IMG/VR virus record: IMGVR_UViG_3300021476_000002
Coordinates: 16,578 to 80,577 of that record
Length of the DNA: 64,000 bases
Origin: a virus
Reading direction: 5' to 3' (one strand)
Part shown: positions 36,206 to 47,366 of the stretch, piece after piece
Layout of the letters: every line of letters starts with the position of its first letter
Numbering within the stretch: position 1 is the stretch's first letter
The notes under the pieces: generated by a model
The model's input: only the letters and a program-made list of their open reading frames with translations
Database searches by the model: none
Told to the model about the DNA's origin: nothing
Position numbers and translations under genes: made by a program

Positions 36206-36457
36206 ATGAAGGGTGAACTGATTCCGTTGGGCGTTGTAGTGAAGCCTTACGGTAAGGTTGGCGCTGTTATGGTTATAAGTGGTGAGCGGTATTATTTTTT
36301 GGTAGATCGTCGCGGCGGTGTGGCTATGATGCCTGCTGATGTAATCGAATCGCGGCGGCGTAGTTCAATGGTAGAATCCGACTCTTATAAAGCCGGGACG
36401 CTGGTTCGATTCCAGACGCCGCCACCAGCAGAGAAGACATCATTTACGAGCAAGTAG
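36206..36457 (+). CDS. Hypothetical protein whose 3' third overlaps a tRNA
   Basis: ORF track; the frame runs through the tRNA. Confidence 0.45.
   Translation: MKGELIPLGVVVKPYGKVGAVMVISGERYYFLVDRRGGVAMMPADVIESRRRSSMVESDSYKAGTLVRFQTPPPAEKTSFTSK
36354..36427 (+). tRNA. tRNA-Ile (anticodon UAU)
   Basis: GGCGGCG/CGCCGCC acceptor plus ACCA; GTTC-AATGGTA-GAAT D-arm; CGACT/AGCCG with CT-TAT-AA loop; GCTGG-TTCGATT-CCAGA T-arm; two stem mismatches. Confidence 0.85.
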
Positions 36458-38095
36458 CGCCGGAATGGTTGATGGTTGAATGTCCGTATTGTGGACAAGA
36501 TATCAAAGTCTTAACGGATGGGATGTTTCAGGACCCGCCAAGCCCATCTGGGTTAAGTGATGGGCGGTGGAGTATTGTGTGCTGGAAATGCGGAAAGACA
36601 TTTGTGATTGACGAAGAGGGTCATTCATGGGAGGCTTGGGAGGGTTATCCTGCATGTGGGCAGGGAACCGTTATGTGGCCGAAGAGGTAGGCTCATGGTA
36701 GGGACTAACGCTGGAACGGGTTATCCGATAACTTTTAGGTGTTCGATGTGTCGTCGTGGCAGATACGTGCATTCCTTTATGACTATTGGTAAGGATGCTT
36801 TGAATGTTGTTCGGACTGGTCGGACGCGGCCAATTCCGAAGGGGCAGCGTAGCGGGTGGAGGTCTACTGTTGTTTCACAACAACACGAGTATAGGTGTCT
36901 GGATTGTGGGCATGTCGGTTGGACAAAGAACCCAGACGTTTTAATGGTGTCCGTGAGTAAGAACAAGCGTGGTTACATAGACACGGAGTACCGGAGGGGT
37001 GGGGCATGAGTCGCCCGTGCGGTTCGTGCGGAGTAGAACGTCCGTTCGGTGGTGGGCCGTGCCCGCATTGTGGTTTTAGGCCCCCGATGGGGTCGGCATT
37101 GACTGAAGGCAACAAAAGTGGTAGAATAGCCTTAACGACAAGAGTAGTATCTACAGGATTGCTAGTGAGTGAGGTTCAGGGTCTTGTGATGCGTTTGAAC
37201 AATGCCCTGAAGGCTTACTCGGAGGAATTGAAGCAGCCGGGGCTAGATGGGGTGGTGGAGGTTATGGCAGTCCTGGAGTTGGGGTTGCTTCTCTTGAAGG
37301 CTGCGAACAGTCAGACCAACGGGATGTTCTACGATGAGGTCCTAGATATGGGGGACCTTATCGAAAGAGCGGAAGGGCGATTTGTCGCGGGGGAGAAAAA
37401 CGATGAGAATTAGGACTCTGAAGGAAGTTCTGAGGCCGTACATGGACGGCGGGTACGACATGATTGCGTCCGCGACCCCAGACTTCTTGACAACGAAAAA
37501 CGGTCTCCTGGGCGATGGTCCCGGAATCATTACGTTTCTTCTCTTCAACAGGACGTTGGGAAAGTACGCTCGTGTTGTGTTTGAGTTGCCGGTTGTGGCG
37601 TATGAATACACGCCCCATCTGGAGAGTCCACGATGAGCGGCAACCTTCCACCTGGAGTAACCGAAGGCATGATTCCCGGCAATCGGCCCGAGGATGCCGA
37701 GTACGAGAAGTGGGCCGAGAAAGCCTATGACGATCTTTCCAAGATTCTCCCACAGTCGGTTTTTGAGAATGATGAAATCATGGACCGCATTATTGATAAG
37801 ATGTGGGAGCGCGAGTTGGCTGCATTCAATCGTGGATGGGATGAGCATAGGGCAGAGGTTCATTTGGTTAGGGAACGTCTTGAGGAAGAGTTAGACAATC
37901 TTCCTGGGGTAGAGTGATGTGGTTCATTCTGTGGGCATTGCTGTCTGGAGCAATCATGGCGCAGGGTAACGTGCCTGTTCAATTGGGTGGACAGGCAGAA
38001 ATTGTGCCTAATCCGAAGAATCCATGTGCGTTACAATATTGCAAGCCATCGTTTCAATGGAACGGAGTGTACAGCGATTGGGGGTACGGGCGGCA

Positions 38096-38281
38096 ATGAT
38101 TCGTCGTACCTGGAAGGTGGACATAGGGCCTGAGAATCATTTTTGCACGGCGCACGTAGAAGTAAGCGCCGAAAGCGTTGATGAAGCCTTGATAAATGCC
38201 TGGGCGTCCTTGAAGGAGGATGTGAGGCTTGAGGTATTGAGAGTGGTCTCCAGGGCATATATGAAGATGTGGCCGTCATGA
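38096..38281 (+). CDS. Small hypothetical protein, paralog of 18230..18403
   Basis: MIRRTWKVDIGPENH...EVSAES...AWASL...VL...YMKMWP. Confidence 0.6.
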   Translation: MIRRTWKVDIGPENHFCTAHVEVSAESVDEALINAWASLKEDVRLEVLRVVSRAYMKMWPS

Positions 38282-41200
38282 AAATGGGCGAGTTTTACAT
38301 GACCGTGGACAAAGAGAAGAATGAAGTGATAATTCAAGGCGTTGATTTTGGCCCCGGTCCATATGCACTCATTGAGATTCGAGAGGATTACGTAGCATTT
38401 CGAGTAAAAGGTTACCCGACGTGGGACGGTATTGGGAGGCCGCAGCGTTATGTCCCTGCTAGATTTCATATTGTGCGTTGGGTGAGTAAAGCCAACTCTA
38501 CGGCTGAGGAGATTGTCGGTTTTGATGTACGTGCTCAGGTGCGTCAATCATGACAAGCGAATGGCGCTGCCCTAATTGTGGTAAGGTGTTCTTTGACCAC
38601 CGCGATGAGTTTGGTGGTGTCTACGATGCTCTTTGCCCAGACTGTGAAGACGAAGAGGAATTTGGGCCTGAGCCGGAGGAGGAAGAGGATGAGGCTTTCT
38701 GAGATATTTAGGGTTGTGTTGACACAGGAAGATCGAATCAATGAGTTGAAGTATGCTCTTCGTGACCTCATTAACGCTGTTGATTTGGACATTAGTAGGA
38801 CGGGAAGGATAGATGATGCCGTGAATAGAAACGTTGATAGAGCCTTGAGGGAGGCTACGGCTATTTATACCAAATCGGGGGTGGGCGCTAATGAGCCTGA
38901 AGGCACCGATAGCGGCAGTTGACCCGCTAGAAGCCCATTACGTTACGTCTGTTAAGGTTGCGGAACCGGCGGACGAGTGCTTGGAGTTTTTCAACGACGC
39001 CATGAAGAAGACAGAAAAACTATTGGTTGTTCATTTCAAGGATTCTCCTCGGAAGCAGCGCATGACCCTGGAGGAGTGGAGGTCTTGGGCGTCACCGGAA
39101 GTCCCAATGAATCCCGAGGGATTGCGTATATGGGATGAGCGATGGGGCTTGGGGTGGCGGGAGCGGAAGGCGCTTTCCTGGAAGAATGAGGCGGCCCGCG
39201 AGAAGTTGCGCCGCAACAAGAAGGATGCGTGGTATCAGATGCGGAAGGAGAAGCAGCGGTGAGCACGTTGAAAGATTTCCCGACCAGCATGGTTCTCTAT
39301 AAGTGTCCGTATTGCACGAAATACGCGGCGCAGCAGTCTCTTGACGACGACCCTGTAGTCAAAGGGACCGGCAAGGATTGGGCGTCTTGTCGGTTCTGTG
39401 GGTGGCGATTCAGGATTGATAACACGATGAGACCGGTGCCCTTCAAGGAATTTCCGATTGTAAAGCCGAAGTTTTTTGCTGAGGGACGATAGCAATGAAG
39501 AGCGGGTACATGCGTGTCAACAAGCCTAAGAAATTGGACGCTGATTTTAAGCGTCTTATTGATGATCTTCAGCGCACAAAGGATAGCGTAGATGTTTTTG
39601 ACATTGTATGGCGATTACTTGGAATGGCTCAGGATGCTGTTTACGTTGCGTGGAAAGAGTATGATAAACAAGGGGGCAAAAGCGGTGATGAGCGAAAGAA
39701 GTAACAGGGTTGCGTTTTTTCTCGGACTTCTCATGATGGAGTCTTCATTGTATGTGATTGGCGGATTGAGGTCTGTTGCGTGGGGAATCCTGTTTCTTGG
39801 CATCGCTGTTATGTGGGGTGCGTTGGTTGGTGACATTAAGAGGGAAGAGAAAGAACAAAAAGCAACAGAGGAAAGGAGGTTACATTGATGAACGGAGAAG
39901 GATGTAATGGCGGTCATTGTTGGCACATCCATCGTGGTCCGTTTTGGATGGTTGTACCAGACGGTCATGTACTTGTGTCGTGTTGTAGGTGCCACAGAAC
40001 AATAACTATGCACGCAGACCATTTCGATGAGGTGCGGAATGGACGACACTACACAGAAACAAATCCCGGTCGTCGTTACTATTCGTACTCGGCACGCTGA
40101 GCGGTTCATGAAGGCCATGGGTTGCCCGACAATTGAGGCAGCCATGGCTTTGTGGATGTGGTATAGGTTGAACGTTCAGAAAGACGACGAGTACCTTGTT
40201 GCGGACGTGAAGGTTGGTTGAATTGTTGGGGGCGACACTGGCATGTGCGCCGTTCCTTGTGGTTGCGGCTTTATTGATACGGTTTATGCCTTTGACTGGT
40301 AGAAGTTGTACACACTACAAGGATTGCCAATGCCGTGTGTGTAGGAGGATTAGGTAATGCGGATGGCGAATTTCCCTGAAAGGAAGCGGCAGAGGCAGAT
40401 TCGGGCATGGCAGAGGGAGCAGGCTGCCTTGACAGCAGATACCCCAGAGGCTCCGTTACCAGATCATCTTGTTATGGAAAAGCGTGGCGTTCGGACAGCG
40501 AAGAGGCGCATGACTAAGCGCGGAAAGAAGGGGGAATAAGCGATGGATTTTTTGGCGCATAATTGGGGTGGTTTGCTTTTGCTGGCCGTGGGCATTTGGC
40601 TTATCCGGCGGCAAAAGTAATGGCCGGGGAATTGTGGCACGCATGGGTTAGATACAAGGATAGTTGCGGCGTCTGGCATTTTGGTTCTGTCCTTTCTCAG
40701 CACGAAGAGGGGTCCTATACTGTTTTTCACATGAGAGATGGTCGGTCCATCAAGATCAATACAGGCACCATTCAGGAATTGACCATTCGGAAGATGTCAG
40801 AGGAAGAACGCAAGCAGGTAGAAGGCAAGAAGAACCCACCGAAAATCATTCGCCCTATCCCGGAGAAACAAGATGAGTGATCTGGAGTATCAGGGAGAGA
40901 ATTTTCCGGTAACGGAAAACATGACAACGCTTGAGGACATCGCAGAGGAATTCAAGAAGTCTCGCGGTGGCAAATCTCTTGAGATTTTTATTCAAAGGTA
41001 TGGTGTTCGATTGTTAGCGTTGGCTCTTATTTGGAAGGAGCGGGCCAATATTTCCTCACAGGAATCATGCTCAATGAACTGGACAGGCGTGACCGAAGGA
41101 GAGATTCGTCAGAAGATCGCGGAGTTGCGCGGAAAGGATGTAGACAATGGGTAATTTGTTTCGTATTGACCCGGAGTGGGTTGAGACGCCATGGCAAAAG

Positions 41201-42450
41201 AAGGTTTGGTTGGCCGCAAGGGTGGTAGGTGTTGCGCTTTTTACGGCGCTTTTGGCCATGAGGGCCGATCAATGGATTGGCGGTATAAATGGTCACATTG
41301 TAGCCGTTTCGATTTGTTTGGCAGCGGTTGGACTAATCTCTAGCATGGAGGCGTAAAATGCCAGAGCAGGGCGGCGAAAATATGTTCCCTGAGCAGGAAA
41401 TGATTGACGATCAAGGGCCGATTGTTCCAGAGTATATTGTTGGTCAAATTGATGATGAGATTCGTCGGGCTAATGCGAAATGGCGTGTGCCTGGACGAGA
41501 GGGCATCGAGCGTCAGTACAATTTCTGGGCACCGCATTTGATTCTCCTTGAGGAGAAATTGAGCCGCATTCGGATGCGGTGGTACAACAGTCACGACGAA
41601 GAAGAGATGTATGCTGAGGTTGTGAAGATTGCGGCTATTGCCATTCGGGCGTTGATGGAGGTTGGTTCGACGAAGACCACTGATGTCGCTGCGGCAACTG
41701 AGGCTTTCCGTTCAACTCTTCAGAAGGCGTTGAATTTAGGAAACAAGGCTGCGGACGAAGACGACGAATTGGAATCTAAGCGTGCTGAAATTGAGCGTAG
41801 GATGGCCGATAAAGAAACTGACTACAATCCCCCTATGGGGTGGGTTGCGTGGAAGTCAACGGAAGGAAATTGGCACGCTCAGACTGTAGAGGAATACAAG
41901 GAAAGGAATCGTAGTGCACCATTGGCGGGCCACGATGCTATTAAGTAAATACGTCTTTTGGATTCTTCTGATATGGTTTCTTATCATGGTGGTGGCGTAT
42001 CCGTTCATGATGGTGATTGGAATTGTCCTTATCTATTTGGGGATTGCGACGATTGCTGTGTTTTTTGTGCGGTTTATATCTATTCTGGTGTATCTGAATC
42101 TCCCGAAGCAGACTCAATGGGCGATAGACGATTTTATGTTGGCTCCGCACGGCGGTAGTCGTTGGGAGTGGGAGCAATACTCGGAGACGATGCGTAAAAA
42201 GTGGGAGAAGAGACGTGCTGAAAATCCCGAGTATTTTGAACAGGAGGGATAACAAATGGGAGTAGGGGAATCTGGCAAGCCATTTTCACAGAGAATTTTG
42301 GGGAAGTTCACGTATATGTCTGTTGAGAAGGGTCAGGAGAATGGCGATGATTGGTTTCAGGACCTTGCGATGGCAGTAAAGAATACTGAGGCGTATGCCT
42401 CTGATAACGGCGGCCCGGTAGTGATTTTGAAGGTGGTAGCCGTAATAGAG

Positions 42451-42510
42451 AATAAGCCAGCAACGACGTTTAACCGTGAGAATAGGCCAGTAACGACGAT
42501 TAACCGTGAC
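42451..42510 (+). repeat. 30-bp imperfect tandem duplication in a CDS 3' end
   Basis: AATAAGCCAGCAACGACGTTTAACCGTGAG / AATAGGCCAGTAACGACGATTAACCGTGAC. Confidence 0.8.
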
Positions 42511-43934
42511 TCCTAACGATCTCTCGGGTTGTTCAGATGAATGGGAGGCCGGGTGTCAGTCGTCTCTGGTTGATAAGTTTCAGCGTACATATTGTGGAGG
42601 GGTGACGGATTACCGTGAAATGGACCCCCGAAGACACGTTCATTTTCGTGTGGGTTTTTATCGTTCTGTGGGCCATGCAGTTTATGACAGGAGGTTCCAT
42701 TTTTTCTAGGTCGCGGCGAGGATTGGTGTATCGCAAGAAGTCTAGCAACGAATGCGAGACATGCTTGACTAAATTGACTGAGCAGGAAATAAAAAAGGGG
42801 CCGTGTCACGACGGACTTGTTTATTGCTCCAAATGTAAGCGTGAGAGTAAGTGTGGATGCGGGAAGGAGAAAGAGATATGATGTTTGTGGTGATTGTTTT
42901 GGGCGTTGCCGTTGTGGTGCTGGCGGCTACGTTGCATACCATTAAGGCGTCTAAGGGCAATCGTCTTTATTGGCGGTTCATGGGTTACAAAGCGATTGAC
43001 GAAGCGGTGAGCAGGGCTTTTGCGACTTACGGCGAAAGGAATATCATGCAGTTGCGTGTTGTGATGTGGATGAAAGTGGAGAAGGGCGTTGTTGAAGAGA
43101 CGATCTTTAGTACGGTTGGTAGGCCATGACTACGACTGACGAAAAGAAATTGGGGTATCTTGGTTTGACAAGGTACGAAATGGATGTGCTCATCAAGGCT
43201 CTTGGTGTGGCTATTGAGCACAAGGAAGAACTTGACGACCTTATGGCTACGCAGGGTATACTTGTAGCGTTGACGAATGGAAGTCAAACGCTTAAACGGG
43301 GGAGGGATTGAGATGTTTCAGTTTTTGGGGAAGGCTGTGATTTTTCTTGGTCTGGTTGCGATTGCCATTTTGGCAGGGATTTTGGTGGTCAGCGCAGGGT
43401 ACTATTTGGTTGAGGAGCCTCACCGTGAAGCCGTGCAGTACAGCGCAGGGCAGGCCACGGCAGAGAAGGCTCAGTACGAGAAGTGCGAGAAGGCAAAGGC
43501 GGGAATGCGGAAGTACATGCAGTTGGCGGTTGACGCGGCTAGTAACAAGGATGGATTCGATTCTGAAGTCGTAACTATGTACTTAAATTTCTCTCTCGCT
43601 GAGGGTCAGGTTGCGCTGGTTGAATGCCAGAGGTAAACCCCGTAGGGGTTTCTATCCATTACCGAATTACCAAACCCCATAAGCGGGGGTGTAATGCTGT
43701 TCGTTATGTGGCGGAAGGAAAATGGCCTCATCCGTGGTTCTATAGGTTTTATAAGGGGAATGACTTTAAGCATGGGTTGAGTAGTGGAGAAAATTGCTTT
43801 GAGCGATGCGATAAGAACGGTCGTAGGATGCACAAGCATGGAAATTACTGGTTGGCGGTGCGGTGTAACTGTACCGACTGCCCGGCTGAAATGTTGATTT
43901 GCTTGGACGATCTTTTGAAACTGGTGCCACCAGC

Positions 43935-44330
43935 ATGAGAGTTCTCGTGACCGGTGGCCGTAATTGGACGGACGAGACGGCCATTTACGATGCGCTGAAG
44001 GAGTTAGTGGAGGTTGCCCAAAGGTTCGGTGGGGAAAAAATCGTTGTTGTTCATGGCGGTGCGCGTGGCGCGGACATGGGTGCTGGAATCGCTGCTATAC
44101 GGCTTGGTCTTGATACTGAAACACATCCTATTATTGATGAGGATTGGGAGCAAAAAGGTCTTGCGGCGGGGCCGATTAGAAACCGAAAGATGTTAGATAC
44201 TCTTGACCCAAAGCGTGATGTAGTTATAGCGTTTCCTACGAAGGAATCCAAGGGTACGTGGGATACCGTTGAGGAAGCGCGTCGTCGAAAGATTCATGTT
44301 ATTATTCACGCTGAGCCGGGGTCCAAATGA
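43935..44330 (+). CDS. SLOG-family (DUF2493/YspA-like) nucleotide-binding protein
   Basis: MRVLVTGGRNW...VVHGGARGAD...AAGPIRNRKML...VIAFP...GTWDT. Confidence 0.88.
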   Translation: MRVLVTGGRNWTDETAIYDALKELVEVAQRFGGEKIVVVHGGARGADMGAGIAAIRLGLDTETHPIIDEDWEQKGLAAGPIRNRKMLDTLDPKRDVVIAFPTKESKGTWDTVEEARRRKIHVIIHAEPGSK

Positions 44331-44542
44331 AATCGGCAGCCATAATCGTTCCATTCAACAGCAACGTGACGTATGATGTCACGGCGAAGAATCCGTTTCC
44401 TGGTGTTCTAACAATTGAAGCACCAACGGAAGCCGCCCTCCTAGATGAGTTGTCATTTTTAATGACACAGATTTCAATTACGTTTGAGGACATTTCCAAA
44501 AATAGACTAAGAAAGTATCAGGATGGAGGAGCGGGATGCTAA
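44327..44542 (+). CDS. Hypothetical protein
   Basis: ATGA coupling. Confidence 0.45.
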   Translation: MKSAAIIVPFNSNVTYDVTAKNPFPGVLTIEAPTEAALLDELSFLMTQISITFEDISKNRLRKYQDGGAGC

Positions 44543-44928
44543 ACAGAATCATACTGATAGGTAGGCTAACGCGGGACCCGGAACTGCGGTACGTTCCTAG
44601 CGGTGCGCCCGTTGTGAATTTCACGCTGGCCGTAGATCGTCCGTTCAAGAATGCCAACGGCGAAAAGGATGTGGATTTTATTGACGTGCAGGCGTGGCGA
44701 AAATTGGCTGAGTTGGTCAGTCAGTATACATACAAGGGCATGATGGTGGCTGTTGAGGGTAGGCTCCAGATTAGGTCTTGGGAGGCACAGGACGGTCAGA
44801 AGCGGAAGTCCACAGAGGTTGTGGCCGATGGCGTCAGGTTCCTTGGTGGTAAAAAGAAAGGTGACGCTGAACCCGAGTCTGAGCCGGTAGAGGCCGAGAA
44901 GCCTCTTGACGAAGATGTCCCATTTTGA
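44536..44928 (+). CDS. ssb: Single-stranded DNA-binding protein
   Basis: MLNRIILIGRLTRDPELRY...VEGRLQIRSW...TEVVAD; C-terminal EDVPF. Confidence 0.98.
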   Translation: MLNRIILIGRLTRDPELRYVPSGAPVVNFTLAVDRPFKNANGEKDVDFIDVQAWRKLAELVSQYTYKGMMVAVEGRLQIRSWEAQDGQKRKSTEVVADGVRFLGGKKKGDAEPESEPVEAEKPLDEDVPF

Positions 44929-44945
44929 TATACTACACAAGTAGT
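44906..44945 (+). promoter_or_regulatory. Sigma70-type promoter inside the ssb 3' end, with degenerate operator
   Basis: TTGACG-17-TATACT; ACTACA-CA-AGTAGT 44932-45. Confidence 0.7.
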
Positions 44946-45170
44946 CCCGTAAAAATACGGGCATGAAGCCTGTTCTTCCGAGCGCGGAAGGGCCGTCGTG
45001 AGCCGACGATACGGCACTTGCCCGTAGGAATTATAAATCCGGGATAGCGTGACGGCGCGAGACGGCAGGCGGGAACTAAGGTGAGGCAGGGACACTTCCT
45101 CGGCATGTGTCTTTCCTGTCTAATCGGGTAGTCCGAGGTAATCCGAACGCCTAGCCTGCCTTCCCGGAGG
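44940..45170 (+). ncRNA. Candidate ~230-nt two-domain structured ncRNA
   Basis: Domain I closed by ACGGGCA/TGCCCGT with two internal hairpins; domain II closed by CCGGGA/TCCCGG and GGCAGGC/GCCTGCC with a 12-bp internal hairpin. Confidence 0.6.
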
Positions 45171-45199
45171 CATCATATTACAAGGTGGAGGGGAGAAAC

Positions 45200-45523
45200 A
45201 TGAGGTTGGTCGCTGCAATGACTGTGGTTGTGGTTTGTTTTGTGTTCTCGGGTGTTCGCCCGGCGCACGCAGAGTACGCTGATGAGGCGACGTGCGACAT
45301 GGTTAATGGTTTGGGTCAGTCGTCAGGCCATGATGCCCTAGAGGTTCGGACGGCATTCATGGTGCAGGAAGCATTTCTGACGGGTTATGCGTTGGCGTTT
45401 GTTGCGCTGCACCCGTCTCCCACTTCGCTAAACGTTGGTGACATCGCTAAGAGAATCAAGGAAAACTGCGCGGCGAATCCATCCGAGAAGATTTTGGACG
45501 CCGCGAGTGATTCCCAGAACTGA
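45200..45523 (+). CDS. Secreted protein, HdeA/HdeB-like Cys pattern
   Basis: Signal peptide ending AHA; TC...FLTGY...CAANP..KILDAA. Confidence 0.5.
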   Translation: MRLVAAMTVVVVCFVFSGVRPAHAEYADEATCDMVNGLGQSSGHDALEVRTAFMVQEAFLTGYALAFVALHPSPTSLNVGDIAKRIKENCAANPSEKILDAASDSQN

Positions 45524-45725
45524 TGGATGAGCAAAAAGAGAACGCGACAGTTTGGGCTTCTCTCTGGGAAGCGTGGGAAGTCCTTACTGTCGTTGTTTTT
45601 TGTCTTGCGATGATAGTAGCATTGATAGGGCAGTTTAACCCTGACGTGTTCCAGACATATACGACCGCTACGCAGTCGGAAGGATACTGACTTTTCGCTG
45701 CGGAATCATATTTGATGTACAAGAT

Positions 45726-46796
45726 ATGACTCGGAAGGGTACGTTTGACGTACAAGATATAACTCGGGAGGGCGCGATGCCTGAAGAGACAGTTGCAAAC
45801 ATTAGTGATTTTGCCGGGGACGCTCAAATCTCTGAGCAGGGTGAGGTTGGAGAGTCCAAAGAGAATAAGGTTAAGCGGGCGTTGACGGCGGGTGGCCAGA
45901 TTTGTCAATGGTCCGCATACGGGGCCGATGCGTGGATGCCTTGCGCTGACACCAAGGTAACGCTTCCTAATGGTGTATACACGATTGAGTCCACAAGGAA
46001 TGATGGAATTGTGTTCGTGAAGCACGCCCTTGTTGTGGATAACATCATTGAATTTCCTGATTCTCAGAGTGCGAAGGTTGTGGATGAGATCGAGCGGTTC
46101 TGGGACGCGGGTGAGAGGTTCGTCGGTCTTGGATTCGCGCACCGACGTGGATACTTGCTCTATGGTCCTCAAGGTTCTGGAAAAACTTCCCTTGTGATGA
46201 TGGCGATGCACAGGGTTGCAAAGCGTGGCGGCATTGTGTTCTTGATGAACAATGAGCCTGAGTTGTTTACTCGTGGTTTGGAGTTGTTCAGAAGGATTGA
46301 GCCTGTGCGCCCGGCGCTGTGCGTGTTCGAGGATGTAGACGCTATTCTTCGGAGGCATAATACATCTTTGGTGTTGGCTCTGTTGGATGGTGAATCTCGC
46401 ATTGACCACGTACTCAATGTCGCTACGACGAATTATCCTGAGATGCTAGACAAGCGAATTGTGGCGCGGCCACGTCGGTTTGATCGTGTTATCAAAATTG
46501 GAATGCCTCCGTATCATGTAAGGCTCTTGTATCTTCAGAAGAAGGGGTTGGACGATGCTCATGCCGAGAGGTTGTCCAAGAGTACGGAGGGTTTGAGTCT
46601 TGCGGCGTTGGCGGAAATCCTGGTGTCCTCGAAGGCTTTGAATATTACGGAAGAGGAAGCCATTAAGGCCATGAGGGATATGGCCACGGCTGAGCCTTCG
46701 AGTGAGAAGTTTGGTAAGGAGGGCAGGAGGATTGGTATTGGGGGAAGAATACCTGCCTATACTGGAAAAGTAGAAGACCCAGAAGATGATGAGTAA
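45726..46796 (+). CDS. AAA+ ATPase (classic AAA clade)
   Basis: RGYLLYGPQGSGKT; FEDVD Walker B; TTNYPEMLD...RPRRFD second region of homology. Confidence 0.93.
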   Translation: MTRKGTFDVQDITREGAMPEETVANISDFAGDAQISEQGEVGESKENKVKRALTAGGQICQWSAYGADAWMPCADTKVTLPNGVYTIESTRNDGIVFVKHALVVDNIIEFPDSQSAKVVDEIERFWDAGERFVGLGFAHRRGYLLYGPQGSGKTSLVMMAMHRVAKRGGIVFLMNNEPELFTRGLELFRRIEPVRPALCVFEDVDAILRRHNTSLVLALLDGESRIDHVLNVATTNYPEMLDKRIVARPRRFDRVIKIGMPPYHVRLLYLQKKGLDDAHAERLSKSTEGLSLAALAEILVSSKALNITEEEAIKAMRDMATAEPSSEKFGKEGRRIGIGGRIPAYTGKVEDPEDDE

Positions 46797-46836
46797 AGGG
46801 CTAGAAACAAATAACCGGGGGAGGAGGAAAAACCAA

Positions 46837-47019
46837 ATGGGCGTCAAGAAGTCGTCCGCTAAGAATCGGAGCAGAACGCGGAAGGGCGTCTCGAAGGCAC
46901 CGCAGGCGCGGACATCGCGGAAGGGGACTACCTCTTCGCGGCGGTCGTCTCAGCCGCAGGTGACGAATTTCGAGCAGCCAATGAGAGATACAGGCGTAGG
47001 CACAGGCCCCGGATTCTAG
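46837..47019 (+). CDS. Small highly basic (K/R/S) protein
   Basis: GGAGGAGG RBS; KKSSAKNRSRTRK...SSRRSS. Confidence 0.6.
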   Translation: MGVKKSSAKNRSRTRKGVSKAPQARTSRKGTTSSRRSSQPQVTNFEQPMRDTGVGTGPGF

Positions 47020-47041
47020 GGACATCCTGACCTGCGTGAAT

Positions 47042-47085
47042 GGGGCGGGATGTCTGCCTGGGCACCCCGCCCCTGTCGTCTTTAT
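47042..47085 (+). terminator. Intrinsic terminator-like hairpin
   Basis: GGGGCGGG...CCCGCCCC followed by a T-rich stretch. Confidence 0.6.
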
Positions 47086-47113
47086 ACATCCCTTAGTACA
47101 GGGAGGCTAAATT

Positions 47114-47365
47114 GTGGCTAAGAAGCACAGGAAACCAAGAGAGAAGAAGACTGAGGCCAAGGTTCGTATGACTGTTTTTGCCGAAGCCACAGGGCCAAGG
47201 GTTGGTAAGGTGATTTTTCAGTTGCACGTTCCCGGTCATTTCACAGGTCAGATTGCTTGGGGGTCAGACGAAGCCAGGGCAATCGCCGGTAGGGTTTTGG
47301 ATGCCGCAATGCTTGCCGATAAGATTGCAATGGCAAGGGCGGCGGACATCGTTAAGGAGGGGTAG
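47114..47365 (+). CDS. Hypothetical protein
   Basis: GGGAGG RBS plus GTG. Confidence 0.55.
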   Translation: MAKKHRKPREKKTEAKVRMTVFAEATGPRVGKVIFQLHVPGHFTGQIAWGSDEARAIAGRVLDAAMLADKIAMARAADIVKEG

Positions 47366-47366
47366 C

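Larger units (their letters stand above)
36469..43938 (+). other. Long run of about 30 small hypothetical CDSs (zinc fingers, small membrane proteins, basic peptides)
   Basis: Near-continuous coupled ORFs on the + strand with RBSs; no confident functional family. Confidence 0.6.

Noticed and set aside
37036-37047. GAAC-GTCC-GTTC SOS-like box
   Set aside because: It lies inside a CDS away from any promoter; about one such 8-base match is expected by chance in 64 kb.
40293-40322. TTGACT-18-TACAAG promoter-like sequence
   Set aside because: It falls inside a plausible small membrane/Cys ORF, has a weak -10, and lacks the operator.
45456-46409. 317-aa minus-strand ORF, and many similar long antisense ORFs
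   Set aside because: They are shadows of well-supported + strand genes (here the AAA ATPase), with no RBS or motifs.
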